Positions 18,889 through 28,074 of a stretch of DNA of 64,000 nt are shown here, piece after piece. Origin of the DNA: Escherichia phage FL08. The position numbers and the translations under genes were made by a program. Below the pieces are notes generated by a model. It searched no databases. It was not told the DNA's origin and was given only the letters and a program-made list of their open reading frames with translations. The stretch lies in sequence record PP400785. The stretch is one strand, 5' to 3'. How positions within the stretch are numbered: the stretch's first letter is position 1; every line of letters begins with the position of its first letter.

Positions 18889-20945
18889 TACATCTTGAAC
18901 TTTTTAGACATTCCGTTGATGTTAACCAAAGAAGCTAAGATTTGAGAAACTTCGTTTTCCTCTTCTTTTGATTCTTCTACAAGGAATTGATTAAATCCAG
19001 CCATTGGACGAACTTCACCAGTTTCCATTAGATGGTCGCCATCATATACTGATTCTTCTAATTGTTCAGAAGGAGGAACGATTGTACCTTCGATTAGATA
19101 CTTGTTATAAGCAGTTTCTTTCATAAAGTAAGTACTTACTTTATTAATCTTCAGTAAAATTCCACGTGGTAGAATAACTTCAGCTTCTGACGGAAATCCT
19201 GATAAATGACCCGGAACGATAACTTTGATTCGCTCAGCTCCTTTAATTACCATACCCACGCTAGTTTCAGCATCTTCATTAGCATATGTAGAATGACTAC
19301 CCATATGCATCAAATCTTCTGCATCAACGGAACCTTCTCCTTCACCAGAAAATACTGCGCCGGAATCATCTAGAGCCATATAGTTTTTACCATGCTCACC
19401 GAAGATATTTGGTTTAAGCGATGTGGATACGAAGTTCTTGAAATAGAACATTTTATTTTCAATGTTATGACGCAAAGTTTTAAAGGTAACTTCTTGTCCA
19501 CGGTAAAGTGTAGTTCCTGGAGGAAGAACTGAACCTTTAGCGAATGCAGAATCAAGCGTCTCAATATGTTTAATAGCTCGTTCCATATATTCTTCACGGG
19601 TAGAATCTGGTTTACCCAAAAGGAACGAGTTCATTTCAACATATGAATCTGCACAATAATCTTCAATTACATCAGATTCAGCTTGAGTTAATCCTTTTGG
19701 AGTTACTTCAGTGCTTGCGTATTCATATGCCTGAGCAGCAGATTCATTAATCAATTTATAAATGCCATTCATGACAAATTGAATAATAGCTGTCTTTTCA
19801 TCTGGCGTAGCTTTAGAACCTTTAACCAAATCATTGATAATTTTCTTAATAACATCAAAGCTATTAGAAATATTAATATCAGCAAGATCGCTTAAAATTT
19901 TATCAGTCTTATAATCAAAGAATTCTTTATTCTTTAAATATTCTTGAGAACCTTGATATGTTATATCGCTCTGTAACTTGATAGATGGATCACGTAAACG
20001 TGCATGGGCTAATGCAATATGATTTCGGAAGCTTTCGAGTTCATAATCACTAGATTTAAAACGAGAAGCGCTTCTCATACCGCCTATAGCTCCTTTGCTG
20101 AAGTTTGAACCAATTTGAATAACGCCAGAGTTCATTGGTCCTTCTGCTTTATACACCGGAACTTTAGATTCAAACTCTTGATATTTCTTAGCAGCGAAGC
20201 TATCACCCTGAAGTGAAGCATCAACAGTAGAATATTGAGCTTGTGCTGCTAATCGACGACTAATTTTAGTTTTCTGAATAACAGCTTGGTCCGTGCGCTT
20301 ATCATTTTCTAAAGCAATAGAAGCAGCAACAGCAACAGCTTTAGGAACAGCATTACCTGTTTTAACATCTACATAAACATCACCAACCTTTGATTCAACT
20401 TTTGTGAATAACTCAGTTGAAATAGGAGGTACACCTGGAATGTCTTCTAAATTGGCATTTTTACGATAAACCATAATATATGCGTACTTTTTATCATAAT
20501 CCCAGATTTCCTTTAAAAGAACATATCGACCTGCTCCTTTAGTACGTACTAAACGGTCAGCAATAACTTGCATTTGACGAGCAGCGCCATTTGTTTTACT
20601 CTTTAGTACGCGGAATAAGCATGCATCAATTTTATACTGTTTCATTGTTTGAAGAGCAGTATCAAAAACAGCGTTAATGACGCCAATTGGATTTCCACCC
20701 AAGTTTCTAAGTTTAACCAGTGATAATTTCTCGTTGACACCTATCATTACGATATGCATCATTTTATCGCCCGGCTTAACGTTTTTATTTGTATCACCTC
20801 CAGAGGTGTATGTACAAAATCTAAATCCAGGAAGCACGCTTTCTTCGCCGGCTTGAATAGCAAAAATTTGAGGTATTTTATGCTTAGGATTTAAGTTAAC
20901 AACCGGCGCCGAAGCGCCGTCAAATAATTCTGTAATAAGTTCCAT
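18888..20945 (-). CDS. Alt-family ADP-ribosyltransferase paralog (distal copy)
   Basis: 685 aa; N-terminus MELITELFD... and first ~230 aa clearly homologous to the upstream alt ORF; C-terminal region has R (TLYRGQ), STS (FVSTSL) and E-x-E (SEAEV) ART-like motifs; translationally coupled (TAA-atc-ATG). Confidence 0.8.
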   Translation of the reverse strand: MELITELFDGASAPVVNLNPKHKIPQIFAIQAGEESVLPGFRFCTYTSGGDTNKNVKPGDKMMHIVMIGVNEKLSLVKLRNLGGNPIGVINAVFDTALQTMKQYKIDACLFRVLKSKTNGAARQMQVIADRLVRTKGAGRYVLLKEIWDYDKKYAYIMVYRKNANLEDIPGVPPISTELFTKVESKVGDVYVDVKTGNAVPKAVAVAASIALENDKRTDQAVIQKTKISRRLAAQAQYSTVDASLQGDSFAAKKYQEFESKVPVYKAEGPMNSGVIQIGSNFSKGAIGGMRSASRFKSSDYELESFRNHIALAHARLRDPSIKLQSDITYQGSQEYLKNKEFFDYKTDKILSDLADINISNSFDVIKKIINDLVKGSKATPDEKTAIIQFVMNGIYKLINESAAQAYEYASTEVTPKGLTQAESDVIEDYCADSYVEMNSFLLGKPDSTREEYMERAIKHIETLDSAFAKGSVLPPGTTLYRGQEVTFKTLRHNIENKMFYFKNFVSTSLKPNIFGEHGKNYMALDDSGAVFSGEGEGSVDAEDLMHMGSHSTYANEDAETSVGMVIKGAERIKVIVPGHLSGFPSEAEVILPRGILLKINKVSTYFMKETAYNKYLIEGTIVPPSEQLEESVYDGDHLMETGEVRPMAGFNQFLVEESKEEENEVSQILASLVNINGMSKKFKM

Positions 20946-20948
20946 GAT

Positions 20949-22997
20949 TTATCCTTGAACGAACTTGTAAGGCATGTTTGTAATATCTATGCAAGACGCA
21001 ATAATTCCAAGAGATGATTCTACTTTCTGTTTAACATTTGATGAAACAAATGATGCAAAGTCAACTCTATCTTCTATATCACCTGTCATTGTAACTACTT
21101 CGCCGGTTTCCATTAAACGGTCACCGTCATAAATTACTGATTCGGTGAGTTCTTCGGTGGTCATAACTTCAGCTTGAATAAGCTTGTTGTTAGTTTTGAC
21201 TGTTCCATCATTGTAAGATGCATCAGTTATTTTATTAACTTTGACCATTAATCCACGTGGCAAAATGACTTCCATTTCATTTGAAGGCGCTAAACTTCCA
21301 CCGGGTAAAACAACATTGACTTTATCAGCCCCAGTAATAACCCATCCAATTCCGACTAAATTATCGCTAGAATTAACAAGCCCTTCATCATTTTTATCGA
21401 TAGAAATGTTTAGACGCTTTTCATCTGGTAAAACACCAACAGCTGAATCAGTCATCCAAGTACCAAAAATGTTTGGATATAATGATGTTGATACAAAATT
21501 TCTAAAATAAAAAACTCGATTTTTTACCATTGCTTCGTATATTGAAGGTAACATTCGTTGTGAACGATACAAAGTAATACCTTTTGGTAATCGTTCACCA
21601 TTTTTAAAGGCTGAATCTAAATTATCAATAGCTTTTTCTATGTCAGATGCTGTCAAAATACTTGTACGCTCATCTGGATTATATAATCCCAAAAGAGCAT
21701 TATTTATGTCTACATATCCTGAACCTACGTATTCACGAATTCCGCGTTTTTGTGCTGGTGTGTATTTAGATGAATCTTTATTTTCGACTATAGGATGTAA
21801 TGACCATCCAGCTGTAAGAGCATATCCACGTAATTCTCTTCGAATAATCTTTGTTTTTATTGCATTCCAAGAATTTTGTACTAACTCATTTGCAGCATCT
21901 TGGTTTAAATGCGAATGTTTGTTAATATTTCTTTCAAACCAAGCACCTTTATATTTTTCTAAAGTATCATCGACGATAGAAGCAATAGTTTCTAAAGTTT
22001 TTATTGAAGTAATAGATTCTTTTCGTAATTTTTCTAAAGCTTTATTTTTTATTTCTGCATTAATAATGGATTCTTTATCTTCAGGAATTATAGAAGCTTC
22101 TCTGAATGCCATCCCAGCTGTAACACTGCTAAGAGCATTCTCTAGTGCAAATCCTGAAGTAGAAATTACCGTTAATTCATTAGAATCAGAAATTAAAGGC
22201 GCATCAGCGGGTTTATTTAATTCTGCTGCTGAAGCCTCAAATTTTTGAAACATCGGTGTTTCAAATCTAGAAGATTCCAATGACTGACTTTGTGCAATTG
22301 CTCTACGGGAAATTTTAACTTTAACGATTACAGCTTGGTCAGAACGTTTATCATTTTCTTGTGCAATAGATGCTGCAATTGCCTCATTTTTGGTTACTTG
22401 AGCTCCGGTATCTTTATTGATATAAACATCACCGACCTTCGATTCAACTTTAGTAAAGAGCTCGGTACTAATTTCCGGAACTCCTGGAATGTCTTCTAGT
22501 GATACATTTTTGCGATGTATAAGAATATATGCATACTTTTTATCATAATCCCAGAGTTCCTTAAGAAGGACGTATCTGCCACCTGAACGACTACGGATAA
22601 GTCTATCAGCAATAACTTGAATTTGTCGAGCTTGACCAGCGGTTTTAGACTTAAGAATACGAAGCATACAAGCATCAATTTTATACTGACGCATTGTTTG
22701 CATTGCAACAGTAAAAACTGAATTGATATAATTAATTGGGCTTGGACCAAGACCTTTTAATTTAGCAATTGAACCTTTAGCGGTTAATGTAAAAGGAACA
22801 ATATGCATCATTTTATCGCCCATTTTTAAATCGCGATTAGTATCACCTCCAGATGTATAGGTACATAAACGAAAGCCTGGTTGTTCAATTGCATCATCAA
22901 CATGAACTGAAAAAATTTGCGGTATTTTCTTCTTTGGATTTAAGTTTGTAATCGGAAGAGTAGTATCTTCGTCAAATAATTCTGTAATAAGTTCCAT
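20949..22997 (-). CDS. alt: Alt ADP-ribosyltransferase (packaged, proximal copy)
   Basis: 682 aa from the second ATG (GAGAGG SD), equal to the T4 Alt length; MELITE/ protease-site motif; R (LYRSQ), STS (FVSTSL), E-x-E (NEMEV); late promoter upstream. Confidence 0.82.
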   Translation of the reverse strand: MELITELFDEDTTLPITNLNPKKKIPQIFSVHVDDAIEQPGFRLCTYTSGGDTNRDLKMGDKMMHIVPFTLTAKGSIAKLKGLGPSPINYINSVFTVAMQTMRQYKIDACMLRILKSKTAGQARQIQVIADRLIRSRSGGRYVLLKELWDYDKKYAYILIHRKNVSLEDIPGVPEISTELFTKVESKVGDVYINKDTGAQVTKNEAIAASIAQENDKRSDQAVIVKVKISRRAIAQSQSLESSRFETPMFQKFEASAAELNKPADAPLISDSNELTVISTSGFALENALSSVTAGMAFREASIIPEDKESIINAEIKNKALEKLRKESITSIKTLETIASIVDDTLEKYKGAWFERNINKHSHLNQDAANELVQNSWNAIKTKIIRRELRGYALTAGWSLHPIVENKDSSKYTPAQKRGIREYVGSGYVDINNALLGLYNPDERTSILTASDIEKAIDNLDSAFKNGERLPKGITLYRSQRMLPSIYEAMVKNRVFYFRNFVSTSLYPNIFGTWMTDSAVGVLPDEKRLNISIDKNDEGLVNSSDNLVGIGWVITGADKVNVVLPGGSLAPSNEMEVILPRGLMVKVNKITDASYNDGTVKTNNKLIQAEVMTTEELTESVIYDGDRLMETGEVVTMTGDIEDRVDFASFVSSNVKQKVESSLGIIASCIDITNMPYKFVQG

Positions 22998-23020
22998 CAT
23001 AGCCTCTCTAGTGTTTATTC

Positions 23021-23028
23021 TATTTATA
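23021..23028 (-). promoter_or_regulatory. late promoter (TATAAATA) for alt
   Basis: The - strand reads TATAAATA about 20 nt upstream of the alt ATGs, just downstream of a terminator hairpin. Confidence 0.7.
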
Positions 23029-23033
23029 AAATT

Positions 23034-23051
23034 AAAGGCCCGAAGGCCTTT
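23034..23051 (-). terminator. terminator hairpin after the ligase operon, preceding the alt late promoter
   Basis: The - strand reads AAAGGCC-UUCG-GGCCUUU followed by AAUUUUAUAAAUA. Confidence 0.6.
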
Positions 23052-23238
23052 AGTAATCTAGTGGTAAGAGAGTACGATATATTTCAAACTTTGGTCCTTT
23101 TTCATAGGCATCAAATGTTTCTGTAAATTTATTATAAGCGTATGCATCTACAAATTCGAGAATGACTTGTGATACAGAAGTAGAAACATCTCCACCTTCT
23201 TTTTGAGCAATGACAATTGTTTCTAAGTAAGCTTTCAT
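23050..23238 (-). CDS. hypothetical protein
   Basis: 62-aa ORF coupled to the ligase stop (ATGA overlap). Confidence 0.45.
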   Translation of the reverse strand: MKAYLETIVIAQKEGGDVSTSVSQVILEFVDAYAYNKFTETFDAYEKGPKFEIYRTLLPLDY

Positions 23239-24698
23239 AAACCAGTTACCTCATGAAAATCACCAAATACATCCTCGAATGTATTAGCTTTAGTTTTATC
23301 TTCACGTAAACGAATCGCAATCGGAAGAAATAATTTAACGTAATCAGTGCGGCCATCAGATTTTAACCAACCGTTGCATTCGCACTCTAGAATTTTTCCA
23401 ATATAATAATTTTGGTTTTCCATAATGCGAGTACGGTCAAGTTCATGCGATTTTACACCGGCTTTATCTTTTAAGCCTGAACCAGCATTTACCTTAATTT
23501 TTCCACACTCTGATTCAAGAATAAATCCACCCGCTTTAGTAGGGTCTTTACGGTGAGGATAAATTCCTACAATTTTTAAATCAACATCAATTACTTCTTT
23601 AAATTTATAGAGATTTTTTGAACGAGCATTTTCCCACAATCCATCGGTATTTTTGAGAATAATACCTTCAAGACCTTGGTCAATATACTTTTTATAAATT
23701 ACCTTAGCTTCATCTAGGTTATTTACTACCTGGTTTTCAATTAAAATTACTTTATCATAACCTGATGTCATTTGTTCTAGTTTAGAAAAACGTACATCAT
23801 ATTTCAAACGAAATGCAGGAAGACCGTATATTTCTACCAACGGGACATAATCCCAGACCTGAAACTTCATGCATTGAGCTTCTTTTTCAGAAATGGTTCC
23901 CTTTAAAGATTTATTGGCGATGCCATTAGATGCAGTACGTGATTCAGCTACTTCGGCGAATTCTTTAGCTTTACTAATTTCAGGATAAGCATCAAAAAGA
24001 AAATCTAGGCCTTCTGACTCCTTTTCAACTTGCTCATGGTATACCAATTCGCCATCAATTAACACACCTTCTGGATGAATCTGGCGAGCTTCTGCAGTCA
24101 TTTTGATTAACTCTTCCTTAAGAAGATCTAATCCTAGATATTCATTACCAGCTCGCGATAAAAGACGAACATCATCTAATTCATCGCCTCGGACTTCAGC
24201 AAAACACCGAGCTCCATCTGCTTTTAATTGCGCAAAGGCTGGAAACTTGATATTCTTACTAATGCCTTTTTCATCATAAGAACTTGCCAGCATTTGAGGT
24301 TGTTCAGGAATTAAACCTGGCCAAACTTTGTTTGCAATAGATACTGAAGCACCGCATTCAAGGTCTCGCATCATCACTCGACGCAAAACTTCAACATCAT
24401 CCTTTTTACCATCAGTGATATATCCAGTTAATTCCTCAATTGCTGCATTTCCAGTCAATTTCCGAGTAGCTAACGTGAATTCAATGAAGTCAAGCATATC
24501 GGTAATGGTCAGCATTCCAAAACTCTGGGTAGCAATACCAGGTTTAGGCCATTTCTTAATATAATACTGTAACCCACGAGAATAAGTCAGACGATATACT
24601 CGTTTAAGCAATTCATTATCTTTATTCTTTTCAAGAATTGCTTGCTTCTGCTTAGTTGATCCAATAGATGCTATTTCATTCAGAATTTTAAGAATCAT
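23235..24698 (-). CDS. 30: DNA ligase gp30
   Basis: 487 aa as in T4 DNA ligase; adenylation motif KADGAR; N-terminal MILKILNEIASIGSTKQKQAILEKNK. Confidence 0.95.
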   Translation of the reverse strand: MILKILNEIASIGSTKQKQAILEKNKDNELLKRVYRLTYSRGLQYYIKKWPKPGIATQSFGMLTITDMLDFIEFTLATRKLTGNAAIEELTGYITDGKKDDVEVLRRVMMRDLECGASVSIANKVWPGLIPEQPQMLASSYDEKGISKNIKFPAFAQLKADGARCFAEVRGDELDDVRLLSRAGNEYLGLDLLKEELIKMTAEARQIHPEGVLIDGELVYHEQVEKESEGLDFLFDAYPEISKAKEFAEVAESRTASNGIANKSLKGTISEKEAQCMKFQVWDYVPLVEIYGLPAFRLKYDVRFSKLEQMTSGYDKVILIENQVVNNLDEAKVIYKKYIDQGLEGIILKNTDGLWENARSKNLYKFKEVIDVDLKIVGIYPHRKDPTKAGGFILESECGKIKVNAGSGLKDKAGVKSHELDRTRIMENQNYYIGKILECECNGWLKSDGRTDYVKLFLPIAIRLREDKTKANTFEDVFGDFHEVTGL

Positions 24699-24964
24699 TG
24701 TTCATCCTTCAGAGTTTGATTTACATCTCTATTATAAATCAATTCATCATTAAGCTCAGGCAAAGACTTATGATATGCCGTTCTAACTTTATTTCCTTGC
24801 ATCCAGTGCTTGACGTAAATGAAACCTTGCTCTACACATTTTTTAAAAATTCGTTCATCCTTTTGAGCACGGAACTCTGGATTACATCTAAAAAATTGAT
24901 TTACGTGACCGTAATCACGTGTAGTATTACCTTCATTTTCATAAATAGTATGAACAACAAACAT
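24695..24964 (-). CDS. hypothetical protein (30.1 position)
   Basis: 89-aa ORF, ATGA-coupled to ligase. Confidence 0.55.
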   Translation of the reverse strand: MFVVHTIYENEGNTTRDYGHVNQFFRCNPEFRAQKDERIFKKCVEQGFIYVKHWMQGNKVRTAYHKSLPELNDELIYNRDVNQTLKDEQ

Positions 24965-25803
24965 TAGAATGCTCCTTGAAAAATATTATCACCACTAGTA
25001 GGTCTATTATACAAATACTCTATGCCACCAGGTTTAATATAGTTCCATGTCTGAAACGGATGTGTCTGATATGGATGATATAGATGATTATAAGGATTAA
25101 CTCCAGGTGTTCTCCAGGTAGTATTCCAAGGAAAAGAATTGTTTTTAACCATCTTCTCAATTACATCTTTTATAGCTTTTTCACTATCAAAACTTTCTTT
25201 ATTTTCCTTTGGTGAAAAAAGCTTATTTTCTACATCATTCCATGTATAAACTCGCTGCGCAGTTTTTGGAATATTGTCACGCTCTCCTCGAGCCATCCAA
25301 TAAACAGGAACATTTAATATTTCACTCGCATGATCGCAGTGATGAGCGAGATCGTCAATATAACAAATCACGTTATATTTCTCTTTTGCCTTTTTGAACA
25401 GCTCTTCTTTTGAAGAATCATGACCACACATCATTACTTCTGAGAAGGCACCAGGAAAAAGAGCATTCAAATTAAATTGACGATTCAACAGAGCGTCAAT
25501 AGAATCACCCAATGCGGTAACAGCTACAAAATTATAATCTTCTTTTAATTTGTTAATCACACACAGGGCATCTTTATATGGAGACAAGTAACGAATAAAA
25601 TCTGAACGATTGTATTTTTCAATTAACTTGACGCCAAGTTCTTCATCACAATTAAAGAGTTTACCCGGAGAAATAAATTTCTCATCTTGGATCATTTTTA
25701 AAATATGTTCTAACGGAAGATTATATTTCTGGGCAAAATAAGGAAGGCCTGATTGCCAGCTTAAACAAACTCCATCAATATCAGTTAAAATAGTTGGCTT
25801 CAT
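24964..25803 (-). CDS. HAD-superfamily hydrolase-like protein (30.2 position)
   Basis: 279 aa; N-terminal TDIDGV matches the HAD motif I DxDx(T/V). Confidence 0.6.
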   Translation of the reverse strand: MKPTILTDIDGVCLSWQSGLPYFAQKYNLPLEHILKMIQDEKFISPGKLFNCDEELGVKLIEKYNRSDFIRYLSPYKDALCVINKLKEDYNFVAVTALGDSIDALLNRQFNLNALFPGAFSEVMMCGHDSSKEELFKKAKEKYNVICYIDDLAHHCDHASEILNVPVYWMARGERDNIPKTAQRVYTWNDVENKLFSPKENKESFDSEKAIKDVIEKMVKNNSFPWNTTWRTPGVNPYNHLYHPYQTHPFQTWNYIKPGGIEYLYNRPTSGDNIFQGAF

Positions 25804-26264
25804 AGAGAGTCTCTTAATAGGTTTAACACATCAATAAATTCAGCTTCGGTTAGTATTGTATCATCTTTTGTTAGACCACTAGCCATGCTGTGCTTCAAAA
25901 CTTTTCCTTTCGAGGCTTGTAATGCATCACGAAAGCCCCTGTTTTGGATCGCTGCTTCAAAATATGCATTTGTGTATAATTCTTTCCATGCTTCGGAATA
26001 TCTTGAAAATGGAACTCCAAGCCAGAAGAGGGTCCCACGGTCCTGAGCTCTAGCATAAGCTCGTCCAGCTTGTTGGGCGGCAAGCCCGGATAACCCAAAT
26101 ATACGTCTTTGCTGCTCAACATTTTTCACCTTGCATCCTTGGAGGAATCCTTCAAGACCTCCGAATTGAATACCATCCATGACGAAAGGCCATTGGGCGA
26201 AATTACTTAATGCGCATGATGGCCATCTAAAATTGCTTCTAATCTCTAACTCAGACATTTTCAA
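25800..26264 (-). CDS. NADAR/YbiA-like protein (30.3 position)
   Basis: 154 aa; ...LSNFAQWPFVMDGIQFGGLEGFLQGCK... resembles the YbiA/NADAR signature (SNF..DG..F..E..FQ..K). Confidence 0.55.
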   Translation of the reverse strand: MKMSELEIRSNFRWPSCALSNFAQWPFVMDGIQFGGLEGFLQGCKVKNVEQQRRIFGLSGLAAQQAGRAYARAQDRGTLFWLGVPFSRYSEAWKELYTNAYFEAAIQNRGFRDALQASKGKVLKHSMASGLTKDDTILTEAEFIDVLNLLRDSL

Positions 26265-26457
26265 TACTTATAATTTCAACATCAGCCCAATGACCATAGC
26301 AAGGAAGACGAAATTCAACTGGCCAGTTAGGGTCCTTTTCTAATATAATAGACTTAACTTGTGGTTCTTCATGTTCATCAGTATATGGATTTTTATCTGT
26401 TACTTTATATGTGACCTTAATGTATTGAATTCCAAAAATCTTATTAATTATATTCAT
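26251..26457 (-). CDS. hypothetical protein
   Basis: 68-aa ORF in the densely packed 30.x early block; start not verified. Confidence 0.45.
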   Translation of the reverse strand: MNIINKIFGIQYIKVTYKVTDKNPYTDEHEEPQVKSIILEKDPNWPVEFRLPCYGHWADVEIISIENV

Positions 26458-26651
26458 ACTAATTCCTTTAATCCGTAAATAGGAGACAATTCATCACCCA
26501 TACGAAGGTCTTCATTTCCATCTACCCAGGAAACAATATAAGCCTCTTTTATTTGAACACCACTCCATTTAAATGGAGGTAGAACCTTAGAAATTAATCC
26601 AGGTATACCAACTCCCTTTAATTCAACAGTTTGACCTAAAAAGAATTTCAT
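26454..26651 (-). CDS. hypothetical protein
   Basis: 65-aa ORF, overlapping neighbours. Confidence 0.45.
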   Translation of the reverse strand: MKFFLGQTVELKGVGIPGLISKVLPPFKWSGVQIKEAYIVSWVDGNEDLRMGDELSPIYGLKELV

Positions 26652-26938
26652 TAGAACCTCATCTGAAAACCATGCGATTTAACATTACCGCCGCCAATAT
26701 CAGAAATATTAATTTCACGCGCAATCGAAGGATCGATGTCAATTTCACGATTAAGTTTAGCGATAGCTAAAGTATCACGCCCATTTACAGTACGGAACTC
26801 TAAAGGACAAACCACATCAACGTAATTTTTAATTGATTCACTGGTAGGTTGCAAATGAGCAGGAAGGTCTTTGGGCGCCTTTGAGAAAACCACTTCACAG
26901 AAATTTTTACGGGTATCAAAATAAGTAGTCATAAACAT
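26651..26938 (-). CDS. hypothetical protein
   Basis: 95-aa ORF; GAGG SD; a UUCG hairpin lies immediately 5' in the mRNA. Confidence 0.5.
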   Translation of the reverse strand: MFMTTYFDTRKNFCEVVFSKAPKDLPAHLQPTSESIKNYVDVVCPLEFRTVNGRDTLAIAKLNREIDIDPSIAREINISDIGGGNVKSHGFQMRF

Positions 26939-26954
26939 AGTATTTTCCTCAGTA

Positions 26955-26968
26955 AGGGGCCGAAGCCC
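26955..26968 (-). other. UUCG-tetraloop hairpin in the 5' leader of the ORF at 26651..26938
   Basis: The - strand reads GGGGC-UUCG-GCCCC followed by UUACUGAGG(SD)...AUG; no U-tract, so it is more likely an RNA stability or processing element than a terminator. Confidence 0.45.
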
Positions 26969-26979
26969 CTCATTTTATT

Positions 26980-27345
26980 TTAAATATCAAATTCATTAAG
27001 AACTACATCAAAGATTGCTTCAAGATGCTCAGGTTTAGCTCTGTTACTCAGAATATGACGAATCCAAGTTTTAACCAAAAGCTTGCGATTATCACCATTC
27101 CAGCAAGGATGAGTCCCTAAATCGCGTTGACGAAAATCATCATCCAGAGCGATTTTAAAGTTGGAACCTTCCATTGTGATTGAAACCGTGATGCCATTTT
27201 CAAATCGCATATAAACGTAATTAGGAGTCATATACTGTTCAATTTCGCATACTGATCCATTTTGATGTTTCCAAAGGCAAATAGTATCAATAGAACCTGC
27301 AATACCATTAGAAACATATTTACGTTCAAAGTTGATGTAGTTCAT
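26980..27345 (-). CDS. hypothetical protein
   Basis: 121 aa from the ATG at 27345 (GGAG SD); the ORF track starts at a TTG at 27357; early promoter upstream. Confidence 0.5.
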   Translation of the reverse strand: MNYINFERKYVSNGIAGSIDTICLWKHQNGSVCEIEQYMTPNYVYMRFENGITVSITMEGSNFKIALDDDFRQRDLGTHPCWNGDNRKLLVKTWIRHILSNRAKPEHLEAIFDVVLNEFDI

Positions 27346-27381
27346 TTTATTCTCCAAGATGTTTAATTGCGGTACAGGTAT

Positions 27382-27410
27382 ATAATATCATATCCTGTAC
27401 CAAAGTAAAC
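27382..27410 (-). promoter_or_regulatory. early promoter (GTTTAC-N17-TATTAT) with flanking inverted repeat
   Basis: The - strand reads GTTTAC tttggtacaggatatga TATTAT; the -10 sits between the inverted repeat GGTACAGG/CCTGTACC. Confidence 0.5.
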
Positions 27411-27412
27411 AA

Positions 27413-27745
27413 TTATTTTACTACTTTCCAGTGTTGCATGTCAAGTTTACCGACTTTTTTCATCTTCTCAATTAAGCGTTCGGCACGTTGGCGAGCTGTA
27501 ACATAATGCCATTCGCCTAATTCATTTTGTTCAATTTTTCCAACGATTACTGTATTCAATTCATAAATCCAACCAGTAAAGAAATTATGAACTTGAATTG
27601 TAAAGGTGAAATCTGTTCCCATACCTTCTGTTGTTTCTACTTCAATAATATCACCTTCAACTGCCATTAAGAACCACATAGTTTCATCATATTTACCATT
27701 GAAGCATTTAGTTTTAACTGCAGCGTTCAGATTAATCGTTTTCAT
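27413..27745 (-). CDS. hypothetical protein
   Basis: 110-aa ORF. Confidence 0.5.
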   Translation of the reverse strand: MKTINLNAAVKTKCFNGKYDETMWFLMAVEGDIIEVETTEGMGTDFTFTIQVHNFFTGWIYELNTVIVGKIEQNELGEWHYVTARQRAERLIEKMKKVGKLDMQHWKVVK

Positions 27746-27821
27746 TTTATTCTCCTTTGTTTGTGTAAAATAATACTATCACAAAGGAACCATACTGTAA
27801 ACAACTTTGTGCAATCTTTGG

Positions 27822-27850
27822 AAAATAAAAAAGGACTCCCGAAGGAGTCC
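27822..27850 (-). terminator. rho-independent terminator after the basic small ORF
   Basis: The - strand reads GGACUCC-UUCG-GGAGUCC followed by UUUUUUAUUUU. Confidence 0.7.
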
Positions 27851-27855
27851 TCAAC

Positions 27856-28074
27856 TTATGCTTTCTGCTTACCAAAACGAGAAGCATCATCTCGAAGAAC
27901 CGCACGTGCTCGGCGCATGATCTTCTCAACAGTTTGATTGATACGAGAGTTCGACCCACGCTTGTAGCCAGCGCGTTTAGAATCACCAACTTTCTTTTCA
28001 ACTGCTTTCTTTGCTTTAACTTGTTTTGCCATTATAAATTCTCTTTTAAATGAAAATGCAGGACTTATTGGCAT
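27856..28074 (-). CDS. hypothetical small basic protein (30.9 position)
   Basis: 72-aa ORF, or 58 aa from the internal MAKQVKAKK...; very Lys/Arg-rich; no convincing SD for either start; terminator just downstream. Confidence 0.4.
   Translation of the reverse strand: MPISPAFSFKREFIMAKQVKAKKAVEKKVGDSKRAGYKRGSNSRINQTVEKIMRRARAVLRDDASRFGKQKA

Noticed and set aside
21241-22750. Several + strand ORFs (89, 202, 69 aa) and a - strand 84-aa ORF inside the alt gene
   Set aside because: All are embedded in or antisense to the well-supported alt coding region, with no translation signals; treated as chance ORFs.
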